From the IMG/VR virus record IMGVR_UViG_3300000439_000006: 64,000 bases of DNA; one strand, given 5' to 3'. Numbering within the stretch: position 1 is the stretch's first letter; each line of letters begins with the position of its first letter. Shown piece after piece: positions 24,669-34,838 of the stretch. The notes beneath the pieces are model-generated. The model was not told the DNA's origin and made no database searches. It was given only the letters and a program-made list of their open reading frames with translations. Both the position numbers and the translations under genes were made by a program. Source of the DNA: a virus (taxonomy: Duplodnaviria > Heunggongvirae > Uroviricota > Caudoviricetes).

Positions 24669-27055
24669 TGAGCGAAACAAAAACATATCTTCATAATCTA
24701 GATATTAATAGGAATAAGATATTAAACCCTCTTTTAAATCCTATATCTACGTCACAACGTAATACGTTAGCTTCTGTACTTACATTAGCTGACCAAGGAT
24801 ATGTATGTATAGATACTAATGATAATAAACAATATGTTTGGAGTGGGTTAAACTGGGTGGCGTCACTAACTTCTGTTACGTGGGGATCTATTACAGGATC
24901 AATATCTGCTCAAACAGATCTTACAACATACTTAAGTGGTACATATTATCCATTGACCAATCCGGCTGGTTATATAACATCATCAGCTCTATCTCCATAC
25001 TTAACAAGTGCTACAGCAGCTTCAACATATTATCCTCTTACAAATCCTAGTGGATATATAACAGCTAGTGCACTTAGTCCTTATCTTACAATCACATCTG
25101 CTGCTTCTACTTATGAACCCATAATAACAGCAGGAACAACTTCTCAATATTGGAGAGGAGATAAGACATGGCAAACACTTCCTGTTTATACACTTGCAGG
25201 ATTAGGAGGTGTACCTACTACAAGACAACTTACTATTAACGGTACAACTTATGATTTATCAGCAGATAGATCTTGGACTATTTCTACATATACTCTTCCT
25301 ATAGCTACATCCACTGTACTTGGTGGTATTAAAATAGGTGGTGGAGTAGGTGTTTCTCCAGATGGAACTATCACTGTTGGATTGAACGGTTTAGTTGATG
25401 TGAATCTATCATCATTGAGTGATGGACAATCTTTAGTTTTTTCTTATTCTTTAGGTAAATGGAGAAATTTATCACTTCCTGTTTATTCTCTTCCTATAGC
25501 TTCTAGTACAGTTTTAGGTGGAGTGAAGATAGGAAGTGGTATATCTATAGCTGGGGATGGTACAATATCTGTTAGTTCATATACTTTACCTGCAGCTACA
25601 TCTTCTATATTAGGAGGTGTAAAAATAGGAACAGGTGTAAGTGTTGCGGTAGATGGAACTATATCTGTGTCTACAAACTACCAATCTCCTTTATCAGGAA
25701 GTGGTATAGTTAAATCTACATCAGGTACAATATCTTATATATCAGGAACTTCTAGTCAATTTATAAAAGGAGATGGAAGTTTAGATAGTAATGTAGTAAC
25801 ATCTGTAGGAGCAACAGGACCAATCACTTCTTCAGGTGGTAACACTCCAACTATATCTACTTCTATGGCTACCAATAAACTTATTGGAAGAAGTACATCA
25901 GGGGTGGGGGTAATGGAAGAGATAAGTATTGGTACAGGATTAAGTTTAAGTGGAGGGTTATTAACTAATACTATTAATCTGTCAGGATATGTTCCTTATA
26001 CAGGAGCTAATGCGAATGTAAATCTGGGAGCTTATAGTTTGTTAACAACAAACCTTACGTTAGCATCTACAACAGATTCAACTCATGGTGTTTTACTACA
26101 AGATGGTAGTGTTATCTTCCATACTTATGTATCAAGTCCTGCTGGATTACTAGGGAATATATTCTTAGGTCATGACTGTGGTAACTTTACAGCCAGTGGA
26201 AACTACAACAAAGGATTTGGTAGAGCTGTATTAACATCTCTTACATCTGGATCTCAAAATACTGGGTTTGGTGATGGCGTATTGTATGCTAATACATCTG
26301 GACAAAATAACTCTGGATTTGGAGACTATGCTTTATATAGCAATGTAAATGGATCTAATAACATGGGTTTTGGTATTCAAAGTTTACAAAATAATACATC
26401 TGGTGGATATAATATAGGTATAGGTAGAAACTCAGGACAAGGTATAACCACAGGTTCTAATAACACTTTTATAGGTAATGATAATGGTGGTATAGTTAGT
26501 GGTTCTGGTAATGTAATTATTGGAGCTAATGTTAATGGATTAGCTTCTGACTTAAGTAGTAATATTATATTAGCTGATAATTTTGGAACTATACGTTATA
26601 GCTGGAATGGTATAACTAATAACTTTTATAATCAATCTGTTACTTCAGGTGGATTTATAACTGTTGGTGGAAATAATACACAATATGTAGATGGTACAGG
26701 TGGGTTACAAACATTTAGTAGTGGTATAACAACAGCTTTAGGTTATACACCAAGTAGAGCTATTAATATACAAAAGATAACTGGTAACACTGTATTATCT
26801 TTAAGTAGCTCTGTTAACACTATTCTTGTAAATGGTTCTATAGATAGTACAATTAACGTAACAGTACCTTTAGCTTCAACAGCTTATACATCTGGTTTCT
26901 ATTATACAATAAAAAATATAGGTGGTGGGTCTATAAATATTTTACCCACTAGTACAGATTTAATAGATGGACAATCTAGTATTTCTATATCTTCGTCAAC
27001 TAAAACATCTTTAACACTGGCTCCATTTAATGATGGAAGCTGGTACTTAATATAA
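24668..27055 (+). CDS. Fibre protein with internal repeats
   Basis: TYYPLTNPxGYITxSALSPYLT tandem repeats, three YxLPxAxSxxLGGxKIG repeats, N.xxG beta-helix (autotransporter-head-like) repeats. Confidence 0.8.
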   Translation: MSETKTYLHNLDINRNKILNPLLNPISTSQRNTLASVLTLADQGYVCIDTNDNKQYVWSGLNWVASLTSVTWGSITGSISAQTDLTTYLSGTYYPLTNPAGYITSSALSPYLTSATAASTYYPLTNPSGYITASALSPYLTITSAASTYEPIITAGTTSQYWRGDKTWQTLPVYTLAGLGGVPTTRQLTINGTTYDLSADRSWTISTYTLPIATSTVLGGIKIGGGVGVSPDGTITVGLNGLVDVNLSSLSDGQSLVFSYSLGKWRNLSLPVYSLPIASSTVLGGVKIGSGISIAGDGTISVSSYTLPAATSSILGGVKIGTGVSVAVDGTISVSTNYQSPLSGSGIVKSTSGTISYISGTSSQFIKGDGSLDSNVVTSVGATGPITSSGGNTPTISTSMATNKLIGRSTSGVGVMEEISIGTGLSLSGGLLTNTINLSGYVPYTGANANVNLGAYSLLTTNLTLASTTDSTHGVLLQDGSVIFHTYVSSPAGLLGNIFLGHDCGNFTASGNYNKGFGRAVLTSLTSGSQNTGFGDGVLYANTSGQNNSGFGDYALYSNVNGSNNMGFGIQSLQNNTSGGYNIGIGRNSGQGITTGSNNTFIGNDNGGIVSGSGNVIIGANVNGLASDLSSNIILADNFGTIRYSWNGITNNFYNQSVTSGGFITVGGNNTQYVDGTGGLQTFSSGITTALGYTPSRAINIQKITGNTVLSLSSSVNTILVNGSIDSTINVTVPLASTAYTSGFYYTIKNIGGGSINILPTSTDLIDGQSSISISSSTKTSLTLAPFNDGSWYLI

Positions 27056-27060
27056 CAAAT

Positions 27061-27351
27061 ATGGCTTATATAGATCAAAAAGTAGTTCAGGTAAATGACT
27101 CAAGTAATACGCTGATAAACCCAGCCCAGGATGAAACTATTATACTATTAAGAAGACTACTACAACTATCACAATCACTAAGTGTAATAGATGGACAACA
27201 AAGACAACGTATAGTTGTTGACGGTATTTTAACTACCAACACTGCCTTGAGTTCAACAGGTTATAATGGTGTTGACCCTAGACAAACTTTTCAAGATATG
27301 GGACGTAATCTTTTTGCTGCAGCTATACGACCAAACTTAATCTTTTCATAA
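27061..27351 (+). CDS. Small fibre-associated protein
   Basis: 96-aa ORF between fibre genes. Confidence 0.65.
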   Translation: MAYIDQKVVQVNDSSNTLINPAQDETIILLRRLLQLSQSLSVIDGQQRQRIVVDGILTTNTALSSTGYNGVDPRQTFQDMGRNLFAAAIRPNLIFS

Positions 27352-27366
27352 AATAATAACAATAAT

Positions 27367-30180
27367 ATGGCTTTAACAAACAAACTAAAGACAACGGTAG
27401 ACCAACCTGTATGGGAGTGGTTGAGATTTGCTCCTGCTTCATCTACAAGTATATCAGCCTGGACTACATCTGAAGATGGACTTGATAGATATATCTATTA
27501 TTTAGTAGGTGCAGCTTTTTATAGATATGATACCATATCTGATTCTTGGCAAACATTGGCTGCATTACCAGTTAATCCAACCAACGATTTATCACTACAA
27601 TATCAAAAGTATAGTGGTTATAAAGGTAGAGTTTTATCAGCAACTTCTAGTACAATCACTGTAGGATATATAAGTCATAACTTAACTACAGGAACCACTA
27701 TTAAGATAACTGATGGTACAGGTAGAGGTCAAACAACTACTATCACAGGTGTGGGTAGTGAGAACATTATAGACACTGGAGTAGCTACTACATCATCCAC
27801 TTCTTTACTTACAGATTCTACTAAAAAATGGAAGATTAATCAGTGGGTTGGATACAACTGTAGAATCAACTATGGTACTGGTGTTACACAACAAAGAACT
27901 GTTATATACAATGATAACACCACTCTTTATTTTTCTGATGCAAACTATCAACCATATGAGTCTTTTCATGACCAGGTTTTTGCTGTAGCTCCTGCAACAA
28001 CAGGTACAGCTGCGCCATCCATGTACATCTTATCAACTCAAACACTCACTGTATCAGCCACTTTATCACCAGTACCTGATAATACATCAAGATTTACTCT
28101 TAACACAGGTATAGTGTGGGTAGTTATGGGGAATAGTTCTTTACTGGCATATGATGTAGTTAGTGATTTTTGGATGACTAAAACGCTTCCTACTCCTACT
28201 AACTTATTTGGTACCAACTTAGGTACAGATATCACTTTAGAAAAAATAGGTGAGACAGCTGGTGCATACTTAACAGGTACAGCTTCTGCTGGAGCTAATA
28301 GAACATTAACTGATTCTACTAAAACAATGGTTCAAGATAGATGGAGAAACTATCAAATAAGAATTACTGGTGGAACTGGTATAGGTCAAAAAAGAAGAAT
28401 AGTTGCTAATGGAACAAACTATTTTGAAGTGGCTACTAAATGGGAAACTAACCCAGACGCTACATCTACATATTCCATATTTGCTAACACAGACGTTATA
28501 TATTTAGCTGGTAATGGTTCTTCAGCTTTGTATCAATATCATACTGAAGCTGATCTTTGGAGTCAAAGTGGTATATATGACTATGGTATTACTAATAACA
28601 TGACTGTTACAAGATCTGGTACTCTTCCTGTAGGTGTAACATCTGGTACAAGAAATACAGGTGGTGTAACAGGTGTAACTGCTGCTCCAGTAGCTGCTGG
28701 ATCTGGTTACAAAGTGGGAGATATTCTTACACTTTCTACAACAGGTACCAATGGTAAAGTTATAGTGGAAACTGTAAGTTCAGCTGGTGCCATACTCACT
28801 GTTTCTTTATATAGATCTGGATCAGGATATGCAACAGGTACATCTGCAACTACAGGTGGTACAGGATCTGCTGCCACTATAAATATTTCTAGTGTTGGTA
28901 CAGTGGGACTGGTTGTAACAGTCATCAACCATTTCTTTAAGATAGGAGATAGTATAACTTTTGCTGGAGCTAATGAAGCTGCCTGGAATACTACATATAC
29001 CATCATAGGTTGTGATGCTTTAACACAGTTTGATGTAGCTATAACAGCCACTGCTACAGCTGTAGCCACAGCTACACAATCAACCACTCTTTTAGTAGAT
29101 CCTAGTAAAAACTGGGATGTAAATGAACATGTAGGTAAGTTACTTAACATACAAACAGTTGGTAGTGGTGGTACTCCAACAATCAGAAGAATAACATCTA
29201 ATACATCTAACACTATAACATTTGGTGTTAGTACAGCTGGTGTGAATGGTACGAGTAGATATATAATCACTGATGTATCAGCTTTTGGTAGAGATAACCA
29301 ACTTCCTATGACTAACCAATATGGATTTGGATATGCTACATCTGGTACAACTGCAACCATAGTGGATTCATCAAAAGCCTGGGTTCCAGGTTCTTGGATT
29401 GGATATAAAGTGAGAATAACAGCTGGTACAGGTCTTGGTGCTGAGTTAAGTATTACAGATAACAACGCAACCACTTTAACATTTACCACTCAAACGTTTA
29501 CACCAGATACCACTACAAGGTATGAAATAATGGATACGTTTGGAACAGTTACAGCTACTGGTACTACATCAACTCTTACTGATTCAACTAAAAACTGGAA
29601 AGTGGGTCAGTGGATAGGTAAACGTGTTAAAATGATAGCTGGTACAGGTTCTGGTCAAGAAGCTTTAATATCTGGTAACACAGCAACTGGTTTAACATTT
29701 GGAATTGTAACAACAGCTCCTGATGCCACCACTCAATATGTCATATATAGTGTTCCTGCTAGAAGTACTGGTATAAACCTACTGTGGAGTTGGGGAAATG
29801 GTAATGATAGATATCTATGGAGTCCAAGAGGTGGAGCTGCAAACACTGTTGATGTGTATAATACATCCACTGAAATGTATGAGTATGGTATATTCTTAAA
29901 CCCTCAAACAGAAACTTTTACAACAGGTACTATGTATAGTTATTCATATGATTCTGTTAACTCAAGAGATAGGATATATATATGTAACTCAGTTGGTCAG
30001 ATAAGATATATTGATTTAGCGAAAAGAGCATTTGTACCATCAGGAACTATACCTTATGGTATGAGTAATGTTTTATTAGGTAATCGTATGGAGATTATAA
30101 CCACAACAGATGGTTTACAGTTCTTATATTTACAAAGACACAGTGGTCAAGAGTGTTGGAGAACCCTATTATTCTGGTAA
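27367..30180 (+). CDS. Receptor-binding/fibre protein with LxDSxKxW...GTGxGQ repeats and a split propeller-like domain
   Basis: 937 aa, Thr/Gly-rich, about five repeats. Confidence 0.7.
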   Translation: MALTNKLKTTVDQPVWEWLRFAPASSTSISAWTTSEDGLDRYIYYLVGAAFYRYDTISDSWQTLAALPVNPTNDLSLQYQKYSGYKGRVLSATSSTITVGYISHNLTTGTTIKITDGTGRGQTTTITGVGSENIIDTGVATTSSTSLLTDSTKKWKINQWVGYNCRINYGTGVTQQRTVIYNDNTTLYFSDANYQPYESFHDQVFAVAPATTGTAAPSMYILSTQTLTVSATLSPVPDNTSRFTLNTGIVWVVMGNSSLLAYDVVSDFWMTKTLPTPTNLFGTNLGTDITLEKIGETAGAYLTGTASAGANRTLTDSTKTMVQDRWRNYQIRITGGTGIGQKRRIVANGTNYFEVATKWETNPDATSTYSIFANTDVIYLAGNGSSALYQYHTEADLWSQSGIYDYGITNNMTVTRSGTLPVGVTSGTRNTGGVTGVTAAPVAAGSGYKVGDILTLSTTGTNGKVIVETVSSAGAILTVSLYRSGSGYATGTSATTGGTGSAATINISSVGTVGLVVTVINHFFKIGDSITFAGANEAAWNTTYTIIGCDALTQFDVAITATATAVATATQSTTLLVDPSKNWDVNEHVGKLLNIQTVGSGGTPTIRRITSNTSNTITFGVSTAGVNGTSRYIITDVSAFGRDNQLPMTNQYGFGYATSGTTATIVDSSKAWVPGSWIGYKVRITAGTGLGAELSITDNNATTLTFTTQTFTPDTTTRYEIMDTFGTVTATGTTSTLTDSTKNWKVGQWIGKRVKMIAGTGSGQEALISGNTATGLTFGIVTTAPDATTQYVIYSVPARSTGINLLWSWGNGNDRYLWSPRGGAANTVDVYNTSTEMYEYGIFLNPQTETFTTGTMYSYSYDSVNSRDRIYICNSVGQIRYIDLAKRAFVPSGTIPYGMSNVLLGNRMEIITTTDGLQFLYLQRHSGQECWRTLLFW

Positions 30181-30181
30181 T

Positions 30182-30475
30182 ATGAAAAATATACAATCAG
30201 TTCCTATATGGAACAATGGATCTTTACAGGAAGCTCTCATATTAGATGCTTATGTACTTAACGATAACTTAATCAATCAAGCGTCTTTTTATTATGCGTT
30301 ATTAGATGGCGACCAAAGACTCTTGGCTCAAGGTAATCTTATTATAACAGGAAGTGAGTATACAGCTTATGAGACCAATCTATATGCTTGGGACTGGATA
30401 GCTGGTAAGTTAAACCTAACTATTACAGGTGATTATATACCACCGGCTCCTGCTCCTTTTCCAATAGTTCCATAA
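30182..30475 (+). CDS. Small fibre-associated protein (MKNIQSVPIWNNG)
   Basis: ATG 1 nt after the previous stop. Confidence 0.7.
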   Translation: MKNIQSVPIWNNGSLQEALILDAYVLNDNLINQASFYYALLDGDQRLLAQGNLIITGSEYTAYETNLYAWDWIAGKLNLTITGDYIPPAPAPFPIVP

Positions 30476-30479
30476 AACA

Positions 30480-30512
30480 TTTGGAGATATAAGTAGACTT
30501 TACATATCTTTG
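30480..30512 (+). promoter_or_regulatory. Bacteroidota primary-sigma promoter
   Basis: TTTG (30480-83), 21-nt spacer, TATCTTTG (30505-12). Confidence 0.75.
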
Positions 30513-30525
30513 TAAAAAATACAAC

Positions 30526-30933
30526 ATGCAAAAGATAACACTATCAATCAAAGACATATACTCTTTAGACAATGAGTTAAAAGGTGTACGCAACGATACG
30601 GGAGTAATTCTTCTTCAAGGACTTTTACAACAAAAACTTCCTATAGTAGTGAAGTATTGGGTTTCAGATCTATCTAAAAAACTAGATGAGATTAAAAAAG
30701 GAGTGGAAGAGATCAGACTTGAACTATTTCATAAGTATGGAAAAATATCTGAAGATGGTAAAAGCTTAAAGATAAAAGATGATGAAAGTAAAGAAAAACT
30801 TCAAAATGAACATGATGAGTTATTCAATCAAACCAGGGAGATAGAAGTTTATCACTTTAAACTATTTGAGTTTGGTTCTATAGAAACAAGTGATCATTAC
30901 GATATATTTTTTAGACTTATAAGCCCCGAATAA
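30526..30933 (+). CDS. Hypothetical helical protein (possible fibre chaperone)
   Basis: 135 aa with its own promoter and terminator. Confidence 0.7.
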   Translation: MQKITLSIKDIYSLDNELKGVRNDTGVILLQGLLQQKLPIVVKYWVSDLSKKLDEIKKGVEEIRLELFHKYGKISEDGKSLKIKDDESKEKLQNEHDELFNQTREIEVYHFKLFEFGSIETSDHYDIFFRLISPE

Positions 30934-30958
30934 AAACCTTTTTGTTTTTTTATCATAA

Positions 30959-30988
30959 GCCACTCCTTTTTGGGGTGGTTTTTGTTTT
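30959..30988 (+). terminator. Intrinsic terminator
   Basis: GCCACTCC-TTTTT-GGGGTGGT then TTTTGTTTT. Confidence 0.8.
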
Positions 30989-31044
30989 ATAGAACATTTT
31001 TTAGTATATTGTAGTATAGACTAAATCTTTTTAAACTCTTAATA

Positions 31045-32418
31045 ATGGGAATCACTAGACCTACTAAATCTAATACCTCAGACCAAAGTTGTTCTCCTAC
31101 AACTTCCAACTGTGTGACATGGCAGGGGCCAGCTTTACCGTGTATACACTTATGTACCGGTGACACTGTATCTGACGTAGTTTTCAAACTGGCGACAGAG
31201 ATGTGTGACATCAAGTCAATCCTTGACTTAACAGACTTTGACCTTCAGGCTTTAGTGGGCTTTTGTACCACTACGCCTCTTCCTGCCATGACACTGATTG
31301 GAATCTTGGGGTATTTAAGAGATAAAATAGCTTGTCTTCATGATTTGATACCAGCTAACCCTGATGTAGCTGTACCAGTAAGTATATCTCCATGTTTAGG
31401 AGGAACTACAGGAACAACCTATAGTTATCATGATGCTATCAATTTGATAGCTACAAAACTAGTAAATGTTTTAGGAACTCATTGTAGTACAAACAATGTT
31501 ATAGATGAGATCTATAACGCTATAGATACTATAAACAATACAACTATACCAGCTGTTAGTGCTAATGTATATCAAGTACAAACACAACTTAATAACTTTT
31601 TAGCTACTCAAACAGTAACTCTTGGTTCTTGTAGTTCTTTATCCGCACCAGCTTCTGTAGCACAAGTTGTTCAAGAACTAGAACAACAAATGTGTAAAAT
31701 TATTGGTGTTCTAGATAACAGTAGTCCTATACAAAGTGTTGATAAAGGAACAACAGCTATAGTAAATGGTATAGCTAAAGGAACATCATGTGCGTCAAAC
31801 ACTTCTCCAAGTCTTTCTCAAACTGGTCAATTAGGTAATCTTCCTGGATGGATAAATACAGTAACTGGATTAGGTGATTCTATAAATAATCTTTGGATCG
31901 CTCTATGTGATGTAAGAGCTGCAGTTAAGCTTATACAAGACAACTGTTGTAAAGTGACTTGTGATAGTATTAATGTAGACTTTAACTCATCATTTGATCT
32001 TACAGCTAAAACACTTACTCTTGACTTTGGATCTTCTATAATTCCTATTGGGTTTGTAGATAGAGGTACTGATATCACTGTTACAGATTCTAATGGACTT
32101 TCTGTACATATAGTGACTAATGGTGTAACTTATCCTTACATTGTTACAAACAGTGGAACCGCGCCAAGTATAATACAAACATTAGCTACATGTAATGCTC
32201 CTACGTCTACAACAGGTTGTATTACTATTCCTATAGGTGGACTTGCCACTGGTAAACTTCTTGTATCTTTTAAGAGTAACTTCCAGTTAACAGCTGATGG
32301 ATCTACATGTAATAACTGTTTTAGTAAAGAGATAAACTATGTAAATGATACATGTTGTTCTATAACAAACACTGGGTCTGCTGCTGTAACTCTAACTATT
32401 CAAACCTGTACATCCTAA
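31045..32418 (+). CDS. Cys-rich structural (fibre-like) protein
   Basis: 457 aa; CSPTTSNCVTWQGPALPCI..CTGD..SDV N-terminal motif. Confidence 0.7.
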   Translation: MGITRPTKSNTSDQSCSPTTSNCVTWQGPALPCIHLCTGDTVSDVVFKLATEMCDIKSILDLTDFDLQALVGFCTTTPLPAMTLIGILGYLRDKIACLHDLIPANPDVAVPVSISPCLGGTTGTTYSYHDAINLIATKLVNVLGTHCSTNNVIDEIYNAIDTINNTTIPAVSANVYQVQTQLNNFLATQTVTLGSCSSLSAPASVAQVVQELEQQMCKIIGVLDNSSPIQSVDKGTTAIVNGIAKGTSCASNTSPSLSQTGQLGNLPGWINTVTGLGDSINNLWIALCDVRAAVKLIQDNCCKVTCDSINVDFNSSFDLTAKTLTLDFGSSIIPIGFVDRGTDITVTDSNGLSVHIVTNGVTYPYIVTNSGTAPSIIQTLATCNAPTSTTGCITIPIGGLATGKLLVSFKSNFQLTADGSTCNNCFSKEINYVNDTCCSITNTGSAAVTLTIQTCTS

Positions 32419-32894
32419 TGCCTTTTACAACAATTCCTCCTTATAATATAACTCCCACTACGTTTGTATCTGGTGGTAAAAATCTTAGTGGAACCCCTAC
32501 AGATAAAGGAATCTGTTGGAGTTTAACACCAAATCCGGTATATCCAACATCTCCTCATAAAACTGTTAGCCAAGGTGGGGGAACCATAGATTCAAGCGAT
32601 TATGTTTTACAAGCTAATGGTTTAACAGCTAATACCAAGTATTATGTTAGATCTTTTGTATTATCTGGAGAGACTCCTACATATGGAGAACTTGAATATT
32701 CTTTTTTTACAGGTGTATCGGTAGGTGATGGAATAGTTTGTACATATGTAGATGAAACAATTCCTGTAAATGGTACATATATTGTTCCTCCTGGATATGA
32801 GATTGTATCAATAAACTATAATGGTAATAATCCTACAACATTAACAGGTTGTACTTCTATGGCTGATGTACCATCTGGTTGTATAGATTGCTAA
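32418..32894 (+). CDS. Fn3-like domain protein
   Basis: GICWS..PNP...GLTANTKYYVRSF...TYG; start at the TAATG junction. Confidence 0.65.
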   Translation: MPFTTIPPYNITPTTFVSGGKNLSGTPTDKGICWSLTPNPVYPTSPHKTVSQGGGTIDSSDYVLQANGLTANTKYYVRSFVLSGETPTYGELEYSFFTGVSVGDGIVCTYVDETIPVNGTYIVPPGYEIVSINYNGNNPTTLTGCTSMADVPSGCIDC

Positions 32895-32904
32895 AAATAT
32901 AAAC

Positions 32905-33363
32905 ATGTCTATAACAATAATAACAGTTCTTCCTAACACTATAACTAATAATAGTGTAACATCTGGAGCTTACTCAATTAGTGATCCATATCCTTTAACT
33001 ATAACAAGTAAAGGACTTTGTATTGGTACTTCACCTCATCCTACTACTCAAACAAGTTCTGGAAGTGGAGGAACATTTTATTTTTCTCAAACAATAGGAT
33101 CATTATCATCTGGAACAACTTATTATATACGAAGTTATGTTTATGATTCAGGTGGAACCGTTACGTATGGTAATGAATATAGCTTTAACACTTTAACAAA
33201 TGCTTTAGAAATAAATAATTGTACAACAACAAACGTAAGTGTTCCCGCGGGTATGACATATGTTCTTCCACAAGGAGCTGAGATTATATCTACGCCAACT
33301 ACCACAGATCTTACGACACTTGAATCAAGTTGTATTGATCCACTAATGATTAAAAAAGTTTAA
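32905..33363 (+). CDS. Fn3-like domain protein (paralog)
   Basis: KGLC...P.PT...SLSSGTTYYIRSY...TYG. Confidence 0.65.
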   Translation: MSITIITVLPNTITNNSVTSGAYSISDPYPLTITSKGLCIGTSPHPTTQTSSGSGGTFYFSQTIGSLSSGTTYYIRSYVYDSGGTVTYGNEYSFNTLTNALEINNCTTTNVSVPAGMTYVLPQGAEIISTPTTTDLTTLESSCIDPLMIKKV

Positions 33364-33365
33364 GA

Positions 33366-34223
33366 ATGAGTTGTTTAACAGTCATAGATACTAAAAAGAT
33401 TTCTAATATAACCACTAGTACATTAGATACTGGTGGTATAAATCTGATCTCTGCTGAACCAATAGTAGAAAAAGGAGTGGTTTATTCATATACAAACTTT
33501 TTTCCAACTATAGCTAATGATAGAGTTATATGTCCTAATAAAGGAGTGGGTAAGTTTAACATAACACTTACAGGTCTTTCAGCTGGTTTTACATATTATG
33601 TAAGAGCTTACGCTGTAAACAATAAAGGAGAAATAGGATATGGTAGAACACTTGAAGCTACAGTGCTAACTAACAGTGTGGGTGGTTGTACTATGGTGAC
33701 AACACTTTTTCCTGGAAAAATCTATACTATTCCAACTGGATATACATTAGTGGGTTCAGATGCTAATGGATCACTAATATCAAACTGTATCGATGTTACT
33801 ACATTAGAAAAACTAACACCTGTTTGTTATGGTTGTAAGTTTTCAATTGATTTTTTAGATACACCAACTCCTGCATATCAAAAGTTTTATTTACATGGTT
33901 TTAGAATAAATGATATTGATTATATATATGAAAATGGATATTCATATTTTGTTATAAGTTCATCTGTATATCTATATGAATACATACAAGCTAATGCTTA
34001 TTTAAGTACAATATTAAAAGAACCTTGTATAGCATTAGCAACAAATAACCAAAATGGGACATTTATAGCTTCTTTTAAATCACCTGTTGATTTAACAAAT
34101 AGTTTTCTTATAATAAGAACATCTGGTGAAATAGGTGGTACAGAAACTATTATGTATTTACCTCTTCTTAAAAGAACAGATCCTTCAATTTCTAGTATTA
34201 CACAATGTCCTTGTACTTCATAA
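33366..34223 (+). CDS. Fn3-like domain protein (paralog) with C-terminal extension
   Basis: KGVVYS...PT...GLSAGFTYYVRAYA.N..G.GYG. Confidence 0.65.
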   Translation: MSCLTVIDTKKISNITTSTLDTGGINLISAEPIVEKGVVYSYTNFFPTIANDRVICPNKGVGKFNITLTGLSAGFTYYVRAYAVNNKGEIGYGRTLEATVLTNSVGGCTMVTTLFPGKIYTIPTGYTLVGSDANGSLISNCIDVTTLEKLTPVCYGCKFSIDFLDTPTPAYQKFYLHGFRINDIDYIYENGYSYFVISSSVYLYEYIQANAYLSTILKEPCIALATNNQNGTFIASFKSPVDLTNSFLIIRTSGEIGGTETIMYLPLLKRTDPSISSITQCPCTS

Positions 34224-34236
34224 AATAAATAAAGTT

Positions 34237-34554
34237 ATGTCTTGTAACTGTAACGATATAAAAACTATTCCTTGTGATCCATGTGGAGACTGTCCACCGG
34301 AAAATAAGTATGATTATATTCCTTGTCCTATACATGGACAGGTGACCGGGTGTGATGGTACACCTTTAAGTTTAAACTGTATATTATATACAGGACCAGA
34401 TCTTTCTTGTATGAATATAAACAGTCAAACTCGTTTTAATGACTTTCTTATAGCTTTAGAAGCTAAAGTTTGTACACTTATACATTGTTTTCCAACCCAT
34501 CCTCCTTGTATAAATCTTGAAGGAGCTGTAACAGCTACATTAACTCACTCTTAA
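34237..34554 (+). CDS. Small Cys-rich protein
   Basis: MSCNCND...; LNCILYTGPDL.C motif shared with 31045 and 34566. Confidence 0.7.
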   Translation: MSCNCNDIKTIPCDPCGDCPPENKYDYIPCPIHGQVTGCDGTPLSLNCILYTGPDLSCMNINSQTRFNDFLIALEAKVCTLIHCFPTHPPCINLEGAVTATLTHS

Positions 34555-34565
34555 AAATATTATAT

Positions 34566-34829
34566 ATGTCTTGTGGATGTCATGATACACCAATACCTTT
34601 AGAAAATCAAAACCCTTGTGTCGATCACGATCCGGTGGTTATCCTTCCTCCATGTACTGATGGAGAACCATGTGAAGATGTTGTAAAAGATATCTGTGTT
34701 GCTTATACAGGGACTACAGAGCTTCCTTGTTTAGGAATACATCCAGGTGATCGTCTTGATGTTATCATAGCTGCTATCGAAAGGGCTATATGTGAACTAC
34801 AAACTTGTTGTGCTACTGTACCTCATTAA
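34566..34829 (+). CDS. Small Cys-rich protein (paralog)
   Basis: MSCGCHD...CVAYTG..LPC.GI..GD.L. Confidence 0.7.
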   Translation: MSCGCHDTPIPLENQNPCVDHDPVVILPPCTDGEPCEDVVKDICVAYTGTTELPCLGIHPGDRLDVIIAAIERAICELQTCCATVPH

Positions 34830-34838
34830 TACTAAAAG

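Noticed and set aside
24930-25700. Near-identical repeats in the fibre gene as a CRISPR array or DGR template/variable repeat
   Set aside because: They are in-frame protein repeats with synonymous variation, no spacers, no adenine-specific pattern seen, and no reverse transcriptase in the window
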